Shown here: positions 19,846 through 29,411 of the stretch, piece by piece
How positions within the stretch are numbered: position 1 is the stretch's first letter
How the letters are laid out: every line of letters starts with the position of its first letter
NCBI GenBank assembly: GCA_034521595.1
Contig: JAXHMG010000003.1
Span: 224,001-288,000 of the forward strand
Direction: 5' to 3'
Length of the DNA: 64,000 bases
From: Gemmatimonadota bacterium
Lineage (GTDB): Bacteria > Gemmatimonadota > Gemmatimonadetes > Longimicrobiales > Gaopeijiaceae
Position numbers and translations under genes: made by a program
Notes under the pieces: model-generated
Database searches by the model: none
Told to the model about the DNA's origin: nothing
Seen by the model: only the letters and a program-made list of their open reading frames with translations

Positions 19846-20042
19846 TCAATGCCTCGGCCGAATCTCGGCTCGTACGGTCACGTCGCCGGGCAGGACGGCA
19901 TCGACCGCCTTCATGCCCGCGACTACGCGACGCAACACCGTGTCGTCGCGGTCCGGGGGTACGTTGTCCCGAAGGCTCACGAACATCTTACCGTCGCCGG
20001 TGTGCTGTTATCGTCGCCGGTGTCCCGGCCGCGCGTGGGGCC
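19846..20042 (-). pseudogene. Degenerate C-terminal fragment of a cyclophilin-type peptidyl-prolyl isomerase
   Basis: Minus strand reads GPTRGRDTGD, then after a frameshift at a 12-bp duplication TGDGKMFVSLRDNVPPDRDDTVLRRVVAGMKAVDAVLPGDVTVRAEI. This resembles the cyclophilin pattern TRGRDTGxxQxFxNLxDNPxLDxxYTVFGRVVxGMDVVD. Confidence 0.65.
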
Positions 20043-20075
20043 CGTCTCCGCGAGCGCCTCGAGCGCCTCCGGATT

Positions 20076-20948
20076 TCAGTGGTGCTCCCGGATGGTTGGG
20101 GAAATGTCCCCGGGCGTCTCGGCGAGAATCCGGTCGACGTAGCGGTCCGCCGGACCCACCAGTCGGTCGTGGAGCGCGTGGAACAGCTCCGTCGCGGATT
20201 CTCCCATCCATCCCTCCGGCAGGAGCGGGCGGGGAAGGTAGGGATCTTCGAGCGGGAATGCCCGGAACTCGTGGATGAGCCCGAACCGCAGCGTATAGCA
20301 CTCTTCGTCGGTGATGCGAGCGTCGTTCCCCGCCTTCGCGCGGTCCAGCACGGGCGTCCATTGGTCGATGAACGCCCTGTAGTGCGCGTTGACGGCCTTC
20401 AGATCCCAACATCGTGCTACGAGCTCTTCGACCGGCGCCCCCGAGATGCGGGTGGCGCGAAAGCATTCGAGGTGCTCTTCGAGGTCGAGTTGCTCGGAGA
20501 GCTCCGTGACCTCTCGCTCGACGTCGTGCGGCGAGATCCAGAGCCCGTTGCCCAGCGATCCGAATCCCAACCACGCCAGCCGGTCCCGAAGACGGTCACG
20601 GAGCTGCCGCTCGTCTTCGGGAATCGAGTACGCGATCAGGAGCCACTGCTCGTCCCAGGGACCGTCCCAGGAGGGGTGGAAGATGCGCGCCTGTCCCTCC
20701 TCGAGCAGCTTGCGGCCACGGGGCGTCAGGTCGTAGAAGGCATGTCTGCCGATCTTGCGCGTGCTCAGCCAATCCTTGCGCGCCATCCGCGAAAGGACCG
20801 TGCGCACGGCACCTTCCGAGAGCCCGAGGGGATGCAGGAGATCGATGAGCGCTCCGACCCAGGTCGGTCCTTCACGGTCCAGGAGGTACTCGCCGAAGAG
20901 GGTGAAGACCAGGTCCTGAGGACGTTGCGTGGGCGATGAAGTCGGCAC
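20076..20948 (-). CDS. paaX: PaaX-family transcriptional regulator
   Basis: LVFTLFGEY...AVRTVLSRM wHTH; W..L..YSIPE..R..RDRLR..L.WLGFG middle domain; DPYLPRPLLPEGW C-domain. Confidence 0.92.
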   Translation of the reverse strand: MPTSSPTQRPQDLVFTLFGEYLLDREGPTWVGALIDLLHPLGLSEGAVRTVLSRMARKDWLSTRKIGRHAFYDLTPRGRKLLEEGQARIFHPSWDGPWDEQWLLIAYSIPEDERQLRDRLRDRLAWLGFGSLGNGLWISPHDVEREVTELSEQLDLEEHLECFRATRISGAPVEELVARCWDLKAVNAHYRAFIDQWTPVLDRAKAGNDARITDEECYTLRFGLIHEFRAFPLEDPYLPRPLLPEGWMGESATELFHALHDRLVGPADRYVDRILAETPGDISPTIREHH

Positions 20949-21012
20949 CGGTCATCGTCGCGTGCGTGGGGGACGAGCGCTGCGCACCGGACGCGTCGTC
21001 ATCACTCCGGGC

Positions 21013-21678
21013 TCAGAACGCCTCGAGCTTGTGGAAGACCTCCGTGCCGTTCTTGAACCAGTGTTCCCGGAAGGGTTCCACCGAGACTTCTTCCTGTCTC
21101 AGGAGTTCGGCCGTCATGGGGTGCGGAAAAAGGGTCATCCTTCCCGACTCGTTCTCGTGCACGGTGTAATCCCCACTGATCTGGAGCGTCGTGCGCAGCC
21201 GTTGCTCTCCGTTCATCATGAATCCCTGGAGCAGGTGCGTCGTCGTTTCCCAGGCTCCCGGGGTCACGCTCAGGTCGAGGATCGGCGATCCCCCGGTGAA
21301 CACGCGTACCCGCAGACGGTCGTCGGTCTCGATGAACTGCGCGTCGATGTCCCGCTGGTAGTACGGGAAGAAGAAGCGCTCGGACTTGATGCGGCGCGCT
21401 TCCTTCGAGCTCGTCGCGGCTGCGAACGGATAGAACCCGGCCTTCGCATGCTGCCCCCACTCCGCGACCATCGGTGGGACGATGACCGAGAACATGAGCT
21501 CGGTATATGGACCCACGACGCTGTCGTCGAAGAGGAACGCGGTCACGGACAGGACACTCCTCTGGTGACGAACCTCGATCGGCTCGAGATGCGCGGGAAG
21601 CATGGCCTTGGCGTCCGACGTCGACATCTCGAAGAAGGCGCTCACCCCGGTGTTGAACCGGTAGCTGCTCACGGACAT
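21013..21678 (-). CDS. Acetoacetate decarboxylase-like family protein
   Basis: AKAMLPAHLEP...FDDSVVGPYTELMFSV pattern; FFFPY where the Schiff-base Lys (xPK) would be expected. Confidence 0.65.
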   Translation of the reverse strand: MSVSSYRFNTGVSAFFEMSTSDAKAMLPAHLEPIEVRHQRSVLSVTAFLFDDSVVGPYTELMFSVIVPPMVAEWGQHAKAGFYPFAAATSSKEARRIKSERFFFPYYQRDIDAQFIETDDRLRVRVFTGGSPILDLSVTPGAWETTTHLLQGFMMNGEQRLRTTLQISGDYTVHENESGRMTLFPHPMTAELLRQEEVSVEPFREHWFKNGTEVFHKLEAF

Positions 21679-23030
21679 ACGCCGTACCTCTGGAGGACCT
21701 TCTGGATGATGGCGACGCCTTCCTCGAGCTCCTCGCGGGAATGGGCGGCCGAGATCGACATGCGGAAGCGGGACTTGTGCTTTCCGACCGCCGGGTACTT
21801 CACCGGATTGATGAACACCCCTTCCCGCAGGAGCTCTTCTCCCATCATGAAGATCCGTGCGTCGTCGCGGACCATGATCGGGATGACGTGGGACGTGGAT
21901 TCACCCATCGGAATCTCGGCCTCGGACAAGAGCTTTTGCATATACGCCACGTTGTCCCAGAGCTTGTCGCGCAGCTCGGGCTCACTCGTCGCGAGCTCGA
22001 GCGCTTTGCGCAGGCCCGCCACCACGACCGGCGAGAGCGCGCAGGAGAAGAAACGGGAGCGGGAGAAGCCTCGCAGATAGTTGATGAGCGGTTCGGAGCC
22101 GGCGATGAAGCCACCCTGGCCGCCGAGGCTCTTCGAGAAGGTGCCGAGGTGGATGTCGACCTCCTCGTCGAGCCCTTGAGCCTCGGCCACGCCCTTCCCG
22201 GATCTTCCGAAGACGAAGGTCGAATGGGCTTCGTCGATCATCAGTCGAGCCTTGTGCTTCCTACAGACTTCGACGAGCTCGGCGAGCGGCGGGACGTCTC
22301 CGTCCATCGAGTACACACCCTCGACGATCACGAGCTTCTTCCCGTCGAAGCCGCCGAGCTTGCGGTCGAGGTCGTCCGGGCGGTTGTGCCGGAAAAAGCG
22401 GGACTTCGCCTTCGACAGGATCATCCCGTCCACGATGCTCGCGTGCGAGTACTGGTCGGCGACGATGAGGTCACCGGAGCGCATGAGCCCCGCGATGGTC
22501 CCGACATTGGCGCTGTAGCCCGTCGGGAAGATCATGGCGGCTTCCGTCCCCTTGAAGGCCGCGAGCTCCTCGGCGAGCCGGCTGTGCAGCGCGGTGGTGC
22601 CGCTCAGAATCGGGGACCCCGATGAGCCGCCACCGTATACGTCGACGGCGTCCTTGATCGCCTGCTTGACCTCCGGCCGGTACGAGAGTCCGAGGTAGTT
22701 GTACGAGGCGAAGTTGACGAGCCCGTGGCGAATCTCTCCGGTCTTCGTATCCTCGACGTCGACCCGTGTGCCCGGCTGGCTGTGGATGGGCAGCTCGAAG
22801 AGGTAGTATCCTGCCGGCTTCACCGCCGACCACCAGTCGTCGAACGGTTCGAGGAGCGCAAAAGCGTCGTCGCCCGCCCCGAAGTAGAAGTTCGTGTAGT
22901 CGTACTCCATGGGCCCCGGCTCAGGCGGGGCACCCTCGACATCACTCTGTTCCGTCGGGATTCGACCGGTGGATCGGTTCGTCTCCACGTCGGTGCCGAC
23001 CGTGGATCCGTGCTTCTCGGAGTTGGACAT
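21669..23030 (-). CDS. PLP-dependent alpha-oxoamine synthase family enzyme (BioF/KBL/SPT-like); start could be 22910
   Basis: FASYNYLGL, TGYSAN, HASIVDG, FRHN, EGVYSMDGD, DEAHS and GTFSKSLG motifs. Confidence 0.92.
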   Translation of the reverse strand: MSNSEKHGSTVGTDVETNRSTGRIPTEQSDVEGAPPEPGPMEYDYTNFYFGAGDDAFALLEPFDDWWSAVKPAGYYLFELPIHSQPGTRVDVEDTKTGEIRHGLVNFASYNYLGLSYRPEVKQAIKDAVDVYGGGSSGSPILSGTTALHSRLAEELAAFKGTEAAMIFPTGYSANVGTIAGLMRSGDLIVADQYSHASIVDGMILSKAKSRFFRHNRPDDLDRKLGGFDGKKLVIVEGVYSMDGDVPPLAELVEVCRKHKARLMIDEAHSTFVFGRSGKGVAEAQGLDEEVDIHLGTFSKSLGGQGGFIAGSEPLINYLRGFSRSRFFSCALSPVVVAGLRKALELATSEPELRDKLWDNVAYMQKLLSEAEIPMGESTSHVIPIMVRDDARIFMMGEELLREGVFINPVKYPAVGKHKSRFRMSISAAHSREELEEGVAIIQKVLQRYGVCP

Positions 23031-23295
23031 AGGAGGTACCGGTTGTGAACGGAATTTCCGAACGCTCAATTTCCCGCAATCGGCGGGGCATATCAATAGT
23101 CGGGACCTCGATCGCCGTTCGGGTGGCGTTCGGGGCTGACGATGCCTCCCCGACCCGGGTGGCTCAACGAGGAGGCAGCACGTACCGTGCCAGTGACCGA
23201 AGGCCGATCCAGCCGCACCGCCCATCGCTCGCGCGCCAGCGTGCTCCGTCGGCCGCGGCCTGCGCGGTCGTCAGCCCGTGCGGTGCGGTGGTGGC

Positions 23296-24081
23296 ATGAC
23301 TGACTCACGTCATCGGGAGCTCCCGCCCGTCGTCCTGATCCACGGCTTCACCGGAGCGGCGGCGTCCTGGAGCCCCGAGCTCCGCGCGGGTCTCGGTGGG
23401 GAGGGCCGTGGCGTGGTCCCGCTCGATCTTCCGGGACACGGGGCCCGAGCGGGGGACGGGGCGGAGGGGATGGATCTCGATGCAGTGCTGGCGGGCATCG
23501 GCTCGGCCGTGCCCGGGACGTTCGACCTCGTCGGATACTCCATGGGCGCGCGTGTCGCGCTTCACTTCGCGGTCCGCTTTCCCGGCCGGGTACGCCGGCT
23601 CGTGCTGGAATCCGGCTCGCCCGGGTTGGCTTCCGCGCGTGAGCGAGCACGACGCCGCGAAGCCGACGAGCGACTGGCCGAGCGGATCGAGGAAGACGGG
23701 GTCGGGGCTTTCGTGGCGGATTGGCGGCGCAACCCCGTGCTCGCGCCCGGCCCCCGACGCGCGCCCACGGCCGACCGCAGAGCGGAGCGCATCCGCCGCG
23801 GGAATCGTGCACACGGACTGGCGGGCGCGCTCAGGACGTTGGGCACGGGCGCATTGCCTTCCCTCTGGGACCGGCTTCCCGCCCTCGCGGCTCCGACCCT
23901 GCTCCTCGTGGGGGCGCTGGACTCGAAGTTCGTGGCGATCGCCGAACGGATGGAGCGGAGCATTCCGGCCGCGACCCTCGAGGTCGTACCCGACGCCGGA
24001 CACACCGTCCACCTCGATCGGCCCGAGGCGTGGCTCACGGCGGTGCGCGGGCATCTGGGACGTGGCCCCGAAGTCGACTAG
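23296..24081 (+). CDS. menH: SHCHC synthase (alpha/beta hydrolase)
   Basis: LIHGFTG, DLPGHG, VGYSMGAR, ESGSPGL...RREADERLA, GTGALPSLW, GALDSKF and AGHTVH motifs. Confidence 0.88.
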   Translation: MTDSRHRELPPVVLIHGFTGAAASWSPELRAGLGGEGRGVVPLDLPGHGARAGDGAEGMDLDAVLAGIGSAVPGTFDLVGYSMGARVALHFAVRFPGRVRRLVLESGSPGLASARERARRREADERLAERIEEDGVGAFVADWRRNPVLAPGPRRAPTADRRAERIRRGNRAHGLAGALRTLGTGALPSLWDRLPALAAPTLLLVGALDSKFVAIAERMERSIPAATLEVVPDAGHTVHLDRPEAWLTAVRGHLGRGPEVD

Positions 24082-24125
24082 ACTTCGGGCCGCCGCACTC
24101 TCGCGTCACGGTTCGCCAGGAGCTC

Positions 24126-25862
24126 ATGAGCCACGTTCGGTCCCAGTCCGCCGGCATGCGCCTGTCCGACAGCGATCGGGTGCTGGTGTACTCGTCGATG
24201 TTGGTGACGCTGTTCCTGGCCGCGCTCGACCAGACGATCGTGGCGACCGCTCTCCCGCGGATGGTCGAGGACCTCCAGGCCGTGGATCGGTACGCCTGGG
24301 TCGCCACCGCATACTTGCTCGCGTCCACGGCGTTGGCGCTCGTCTACGGAAAGCTGGCCGACACGTATTCGCGAAAGCGGATCACGCTCGGCGCGGTGGT
24401 GCTGTTCCTCACGGGTTCCATACTGTGTGGGCTCGCCGGCATGGTCGGGCGCCTGCCGGTTCTCGGCGACGGGATGAACCAGTTGATCGTGGCCCGCGGA
24501 CTCCAGGGTCTCGGTGGGGGCGGGATCTTCGCCATGACGTTCATCATCATCGCCGATCTGTTCACGCCCGCCGAGCGGGGGCGCTATCAAGGGTACGTTG
24601 GAGCCGTGTTCGGGCTGGCGTCCGTGTTGGGTCCGCTGGTCGGCGGGCTGCTCACGGACCATGCGGGCGGGTTCATCCCGGGCGTCGAAGGCTGGCGATG
24701 GGTGTTCTTCGTGAACGTGCCGATCGGGGGCGTCGCGCTCTGGCTCATTCTCCGGCGGATGCCGGTGCTCGAGCCCCCCGGCGAAAGGGCACGCCCCGAC
24801 TTCGTCGGTGGCTTTCTCCTGATGGGTGGCCTGGTTCCACTCATTCTCTCGATTCAGCTCGACAAGCGTGCGTATCCATGGTTCCCCGGCCTGGGCGTGG
24901 GCACGACTGCGAGCGGGTGGGCCGCCTGGACGACTCCCGGACTCTTTCTGGTCGGAGTGCTGGGCATCGTCGGCTTCATCATTCGTTCACGCGGCTCCGC
25001 GAGCCCCATCCTCGACCTGCGGTTGTTTCGCAACCGGGTCTTCCGGACGGCGAACACAGCCACGTTCTTCTTCGGGGCCTCGGTGATGTCGATCACGATC
25101 TTTCTCCCCCTTCTCCTGGTCAACGTGCTGGGCATCTCCGCGACCGGCGCGGGAGCCGCGCTCATCCCGTTCTCGGGTGGCGTCGTGCTCGGAGCGACGA
25201 TGGCGGGACATTACGTGGACCGGGTCGGATACCGGCGCCAGATCTTCGGGGGAGGCCTTCTGTTCGCCGCGGCCGTGCTCCTGCTCGCGGGGCTCGATGC
25301 AGACGCGTCGTACGCTCGGGTCATGCTCTACACGGTGCTCTGCGGCCTGGGCGCCGGACCCTCGATGCCCCTGTTCACGTTGGCGGTCCAGAACGCCGTC
25401 GACGTGCGCATGGTCGGACAGGCGACGAGCGCGTCGCAGTTCTTCCGGCAGATCGGAGCCACGGTGGGAGCGGCGGTCATGGGAACCGTCCTCGTGACGA
25501 CCCTGAGCGTCTCGTTCGCCACGTTGGAGATCCCCCCCGCGGTGCTCGACGCCCTGCCTCACGAGACGGAGCAGCTCGTTTCGACCGGTGGCGCGAGCTT
25601 GCCCGAAACCATACGGGAGCGGTATCGCGGGCTCGCCGCGGAGGCCACGTCTCCCGAGCGTGCCGGTGAGCTGCGCGCGGAAGGGCAGGCGCTCGCGGAA
25701 CGGGTCTCGGGCGCGGTCGTCACGGCTTTCGAGCGCGCCACGAGGCGAATCTACTGGCTCACTTCGGCCATCATCCTGGTGGCCACGCTGCTCACGCTGC
25801 GCATCCCTGAGCTCCGACTACGAACCACGCATGACCGCGACGCGTTGCAGCAGGGCCCGTGA
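24126..25862 (+). CDS. MFS transporter, DHA2/14-TM drug:H+ antiporter type
   Basis: ALDQTIVATALP, YGKLAD, ARGLQGLGGG, ERGRYQG and WRWVFFVNVPIG motifs. Confidence 0.93.
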   Translation: MSHVRSQSAGMRLSDSDRVLVYSSMLVTLFLAALDQTIVATALPRMVEDLQAVDRYAWVATAYLLASTALALVYGKLADTYSRKRITLGAVVLFLTGSILCGLAGMVGRLPVLGDGMNQLIVARGLQGLGGGGIFAMTFIIIADLFTPAERGRYQGYVGAVFGLASVLGPLVGGLLTDHAGGFIPGVEGWRWVFFVNVPIGGVALWLILRRMPVLEPPGERARPDFVGGFLLMGGLVPLILSIQLDKRAYPWFPGLGVGTTASGWAAWTTPGLFLVGVLGIVGFIIRSRGSASPILDLRLFRNRVFRTANTATFFFGASVMSITIFLPLLLVNVLGISATGAGAALIPFSGGVVLGATMAGHYVDRVGYRRQIFGGGLLFAAAVLLLAGLDADASYARVMLYTVLCGLGAGPSMPLFTLAVQNAVDVRMVGQATSASQFFRQIGATVGAAVMGTVLVTTLSVSFATLEIPPAVLDALPHETEQLVSTGGASLPETIRERYRGLAAEATSPERAGELRAEGQALAERVSGAVVTAFERATRRIYWLTSAIILVATLLTLRIPELRLRTTHDRDALQQGP

Positions 25863-25995
25863 GCGCCGCTCGCGGCATGGGGGAGCGGTTCCTCAGGGTC
25901 GCGATCACGCAGGCGTGGCATGATCGACGCGCCCTCTGCAGCTTGGTAGAGAGCGTACGGCCGCTGAAAACGGACGAAACACGGACGATACCGGG

Positions 25996-26382
25996 ATGAT
26001 CAAAAAGCTCTTCTACATGGGACTCATCGCTCTCGGCGTGACGATGGCGGTGCCCAGCCTGCGGGCCGAGTTGACCGAGGCCGTGCGGCCGTACGTCGAC
26101 GACGTGAAGGCCCGGTTCGTTCCAAGACGTCTCCGGAGCATGGCCGATCAACTGGACGCGAGGCTGAGGCGCGCGGAGGGCTTGCCGGGTGTGTTCGAAG
26201 GTTGGCTGCGTCGGGATTTCACGGGCTCCGAGCTCGATCCCTGGGAGAACCCGTACTACCTGGAGGCGGGACGTCGTGAGTACTTCGTCGGGTCGATGGG
26301 CCCCGACGGTGAACGAGGCACGGAGGACGACATCACCGAACCTCCGCGCCCGCTCAGCGGTGAGGGGCCCCGCGAGCGCTAA
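25996..26382 (+). CDS. Small membrane-anchored protein with a GspG/T2SS-G-like C-terminal motif
   Basis: N-terminal hydrophobic segment; DPWENPY...SMGPDG..GTEDDI. Confidence 0.75.
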   Translation: MIKKLFYMGLIALGVTMAVPSLRAELTEAVRPYVDDVKARFVPRRLRSMADQLDARLRRAEGLPGVFEGWLRRDFTGSELDPWENPYYLEAGRREYFVGSMGPDGERGTEDDITEPPRPLSGEGPRER

Positions 26383-26407
26383 GCGTTTCGGGGGAAGGGT
26401 TCGGATC

Positions 26408-27052
26408 TCACCCCAGCGGCGTCATCTCCAGCCTCGAGATGTGCAGGTTCAACCCGTGATTGACCCGAAACCCGTAGGCCCCGTCCACGGCGAGGTCGTC
26501 CCGCGGACCGCGCCACACCTCGCGCCCGTTCACGAGGAAGCGGAGGGTGCCGTCGTCGGCCTCGACCGTCAGCACGTTGCGGACCGATGCGTCGTCTCCT
26601 CGCTCGGAGTACGACAAGATCGCTTCGTGCCCCGTCCACGGCTCGATGGTGGGCGCCTCGGACCCGTCGCGATGCTTCACGATGAACTGTCCGCCGTTCC
26701 GGATCAGGAAGTACGTGTAGGCGAGCTCCTGCGCGTCGAGGTTTCGGCCCCCGATGAAGATGCCGAAGGCCTCCCTGCGTTCCCCTGGATCGAAGAGATA
26801 CACCTCCATCTCGACGCGAAACGAGCCCGTCGCCTCCGCTTCGGGGTGCCAGTAGATACCCGCCGGACCCGAAGTGACGTGCCAGCCCGGAGGCATTTCG
26901 ACGAACTGCTCGAGCTGCTCCTCGGTCGCTCCCGGTTGGTCGAAGCGGACCCGCCAGTCGCTGGGCCGTTCGAAGTCCTGTGCCGACAGGGCGGTGGCCG
27001 GGAGCACGCTGGCGGAAAGCACCGCGAGCACGAGGGGGAAGCGAAGTCGCAT
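26408..27052 (-). CDS. Exported hypothetical protein, ConA-like beta-sandwich (DUF1080-like)
   Basis: Signal peptide ending ALSAQ; beta-rich with NVLTVE...FLVNG and GFRVNH patterns. Confidence 0.6.
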   Translation of the reverse strand: MRLRFPLVLAVLSASVLPATALSAQDFERPSDWRVRFDQPGATEEQLEQFVEMPPGWHVTSGPAGIYWHPEAEATGSFRVEMEVYLFDPGERREAFGIFIGGRNLDAQELAYTYFLIRNGGQFIVKHRDGSEAPTIEPWTGHEAILSYSERGDDASVRNVLTVEADDGTLRFLVNGREVWRGPRDDLAVDGAYGFRVNHGLNLHISRLEMTPLG

Positions 27053-27175
27053 CAGGGTTCCTGGCGAAGGGGGGATCCGCTGTAAAACGAAGGTCGGATG
27101 CCGGGGTTCCGGTGTCAAACCGGCGGGCGTGGGGCTACCTTCGACCCTCACGATTCCCGTTGAGAGGAAGCGCGC

Positions 27176-28123
27176 ATGAAGCCCCTAGCTCTTTTCGCCG
27201 CATGGATTTCCGTCGGCGCTTCGGTTCTGCCCGCCCAGGAGCCGACGGATCCGGTGTCCGAGGAGGGGACACCGGTCGAAGGGGAGGACTTTCGCGTCTT
27301 CCGAGCGGATGGCTCGGCGGCCGCGTTCGACGACGTGCTCGCCGGGCTCGACACGGTGGAGGTGCTTCTCGTGGGAGAGGAGCACGGGAACCGGGTTGGA
27401 CACCGGATCGAGGAGGCGCTTCTGCGCGAGGCCGTGGAGCGCTATCGGGGCTCGACGCGGTGGCTCACCCTCTCGCTGGAGATGTTCGAGCGTGACGTGC
27501 AGTACGTTCTGGACGAATATCTCGACGGATTGATCACGGAGACGCACTTCCTCGACAGTGCGCGTCCGTGGGAGGAATACGGCGTCCGGTATCGGCCGTT
27601 GATCGAGCTCGCTCGCCAGGAGGGCATGCCGGTCGTCGCCGCCAACGCCCCACGCCGGTACGTGAATCGGGTTACGAGAGAAGGCCCCGAAGCTCTCGAG
27701 GACTTGGGTCCATTGGCGAGATTCTTCCTGCCACCGCTGCCCTATCCGGGACCTTCGGAGGCGTACCGTGCCCAATGGAACGAGATCATGGCGGCGGCCA
27801 TGGGTGATTCCACGGAAGCGCATGCAGCGGACCGGGACTACGCCGGAAGCGAGAACGCGTTGCAGGCACAGGCGTTGTGGGACGCGTCCATGGGACACGC
27901 CATCACGGGGGCACTCGACGTTTCGCCCGACCGCGTCGTCCTCCACTTCGCGGGCTCGTTCCACGTGGAGAGGGGAACCGGCATCGCGGAACGGATCGAG
28001 GACTATCGCCCCGGAACGTCCGTGCTTTCGGTCGTCATGACGGAGGTCGGCGAGGAGAGCCCGCTCCAGTGGGACGCCGAAGCGTACGGAGGGTTGGCGG
28101 ACTTCGTCGTTCTCACGCGCTAA
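27176..28123 (+). CDS. ChaN/DUF399-family exported protein
   Basis: VLLVGEEH, SLEMFERDVQ, YRPLIE, VAANAPR, QALWDASM and AGSFHV motifs. Confidence 0.88.
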   Translation: MKPLALFAAWISVGASVLPAQEPTDPVSEEGTPVEGEDFRVFRADGSAAAFDDVLAGLDTVEVLLVGEEHGNRVGHRIEEALLREAVERYRGSTRWLTLSLEMFERDVQYVLDEYLDGLITETHFLDSARPWEEYGVRYRPLIELARQEGMPVVAANAPRRYVNRVTREGPEALEDLGPLARFFLPPLPYPGPSEAYRAQWNEIMAAAMGDSTEAHAADRDYAGSENALQAQALWDASMGHAITGALDVSPDRVVLHFAGSFHVERGTGIAERIEDYRPGTSVLSVVMTEVGEESPLQWDAEAYGGLADFVVLTR

Positions 28124-28191
28124 TCGTCCGTGGCGATGCGGGGGGCGACGATCCCACCGCGCCGCGGGCCCTGACGCCCCCGCACGGAAGG

Positions 28192-28764
28192 TCACGATCC
28201 GTTGCGACGACCCCATAGCGGAATGTTGACACCGACCGTGACGGCGCGCGGATCGAACTCGACGCCCGGTAGGAACACCCAGCGGAACTCGACCTGGGTG
28301 CCCAGGCCCGCGGGGCCGCCCGTCTTCAGCCCGATGACCGCTCCGAAGCCGGTCTTGGTCTCACGTGCGCTCTCGGGATCCGTGCCATAGACGGAATTCC
28401 GGAGCGCGATCCCGCCGCCTCCGTAGAAGCCGCCCTGGCGGCCGCCGCTGACGTAGACCAGGTCGGCGGTGAAGCCGTACTCACGGAGTCGGGTCACGAA
28501 GGTGACGTCCGCTCCCGGCACCACCTCGAGATGGCCGTTCCGGAGCACGGGGATTCTCAACTGGGCTCCCAGGACCTCCCCGTTGGCGGATTGGTCGTAG
28601 CCGAACCGGAGCCCCGCGGAGGCGGGCGGCCACGGGCCCGCCTCCTGTTGGTTTCCGGCCGCGCCGCCTTGCGCGTGCAGAGCCGAGGCCGGAGCCGATA
28701 CGGCCAGCGCGACGGCCAGACTCAGGATCGTGGCACGGAGCCCGCTCCGGGGTGAGCCGCGCAC
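28192..28764 (-). CDS. Small outer-membrane beta-barrel-like protein
   Basis: Signal peptide ending ALHAQ; Gly/aromatic amphipathic strands. Confidence 0.65.
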   Translation of the reverse strand: MRGSPRSGLRATILSLAVALAVSAPASALHAQGGAAGNQQEAGPWPPASAGLRFGYDQSANGEVLGAQLRIPVLRNGHLEVVPGADVTFVTRLREYGFTADLVYVSGGRQGGFYGGGGIALRNSVYGTDPESARETKTGFGAVIGLKTGGPAGLGTQVEFRWVFLPGVEFDPRAVTVGVNIPLWGRRNGS

Positions 28765-28796
28765 GACCCGATGGCGGCTCCCTCGCCCGAGCGGCC

Positions 28797-29348
28797 TCAG
28801 CTCGTGATCCGCCCGTCCGCCACCGCGCGGAGGACGTCTGCGGAGGTCACGATCCCGGCGAGCTGCTGCCGGTCTTCGATTACGACCGCCCGGTGGATCC
28901 GGCCTCGAACCAGGAACTCGCAGAGCTCGGCGACCGTCGTGTCGGGTCGGACCGTGAAGGAGACCGGGGTCATGATCTCCTCGACCGTGGTCCTGTCGAG
29001 CTCACTCTCGGGGAGCTCTGCGAGCATGGCCTGGTCCGTCGCCGGGGTATCCTCGGGTAGGAAGAACCCGTAGGGATCGGACCCGGGATCGTCATCACTG
29101 TCGTCGAAGTCGGCGATCTCGTCCTCGTCGCGTCGCATGGCGGAGGTCACGAGCTGAACGTCGGAATCCTCGGCGGCGAGCCGCACCAGATCGGTCGACG
29201 AGACGACCCCGACGAGCGTTCCACCGGCGTCCAAGACCGGAACGCCGCTTATCTGCTCGTCCGCGAGGAGCCGGGCGAGGTCGCGGGCGACGGCGTCGGT
29301 GGTCACGGTGACCACCTTGGGCTGCATGATATCCCGAACGTAGAGCAT
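28797..29348 (-). CDS. CBS-pair protein with a highly acidic inter-domain linker
   Basis: VRDIMQ, ISGVPVLD, GVVSSTD, IHRAVV and GIVTSAD motifs; linker DEDEIADFDDSDDDPGSD. Confidence 0.9.
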   Translation of the reverse strand: MLYVRDIMQPKVVTVTTDAVARDLARLLADEQISGVPVLDAGGTLVGVVSSTDLVRLAAEDSDVQLVTSAMRRDEDEIADFDDSDDDPGSDPYGFFLPEDTPATDQAMLAELPESELDRTTVEEIMTPVSFTVRPDTTVAELCEFLVRGRIHRAVVIEDRQQLAGIVTSADVLRAVADGRITS

Positions 29349-29411
29349 GATGATCCTTTATCGGTTTACGAGTGCGCTGTTGTCGGTCTCGGCGTGTGCC
29401 GGCCGCGGGGG

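Noticed and set aside
21669-23030. Calling this gene bioF, kbl or spt
   Set aside because: The motifs define only the family; context supports none of these specifically.
28137-28184. GC hairpin between convergent ChaN and beta-barrel genes as a terminator
   Set aside because: Imperfect stem, large loop and no U-tract.
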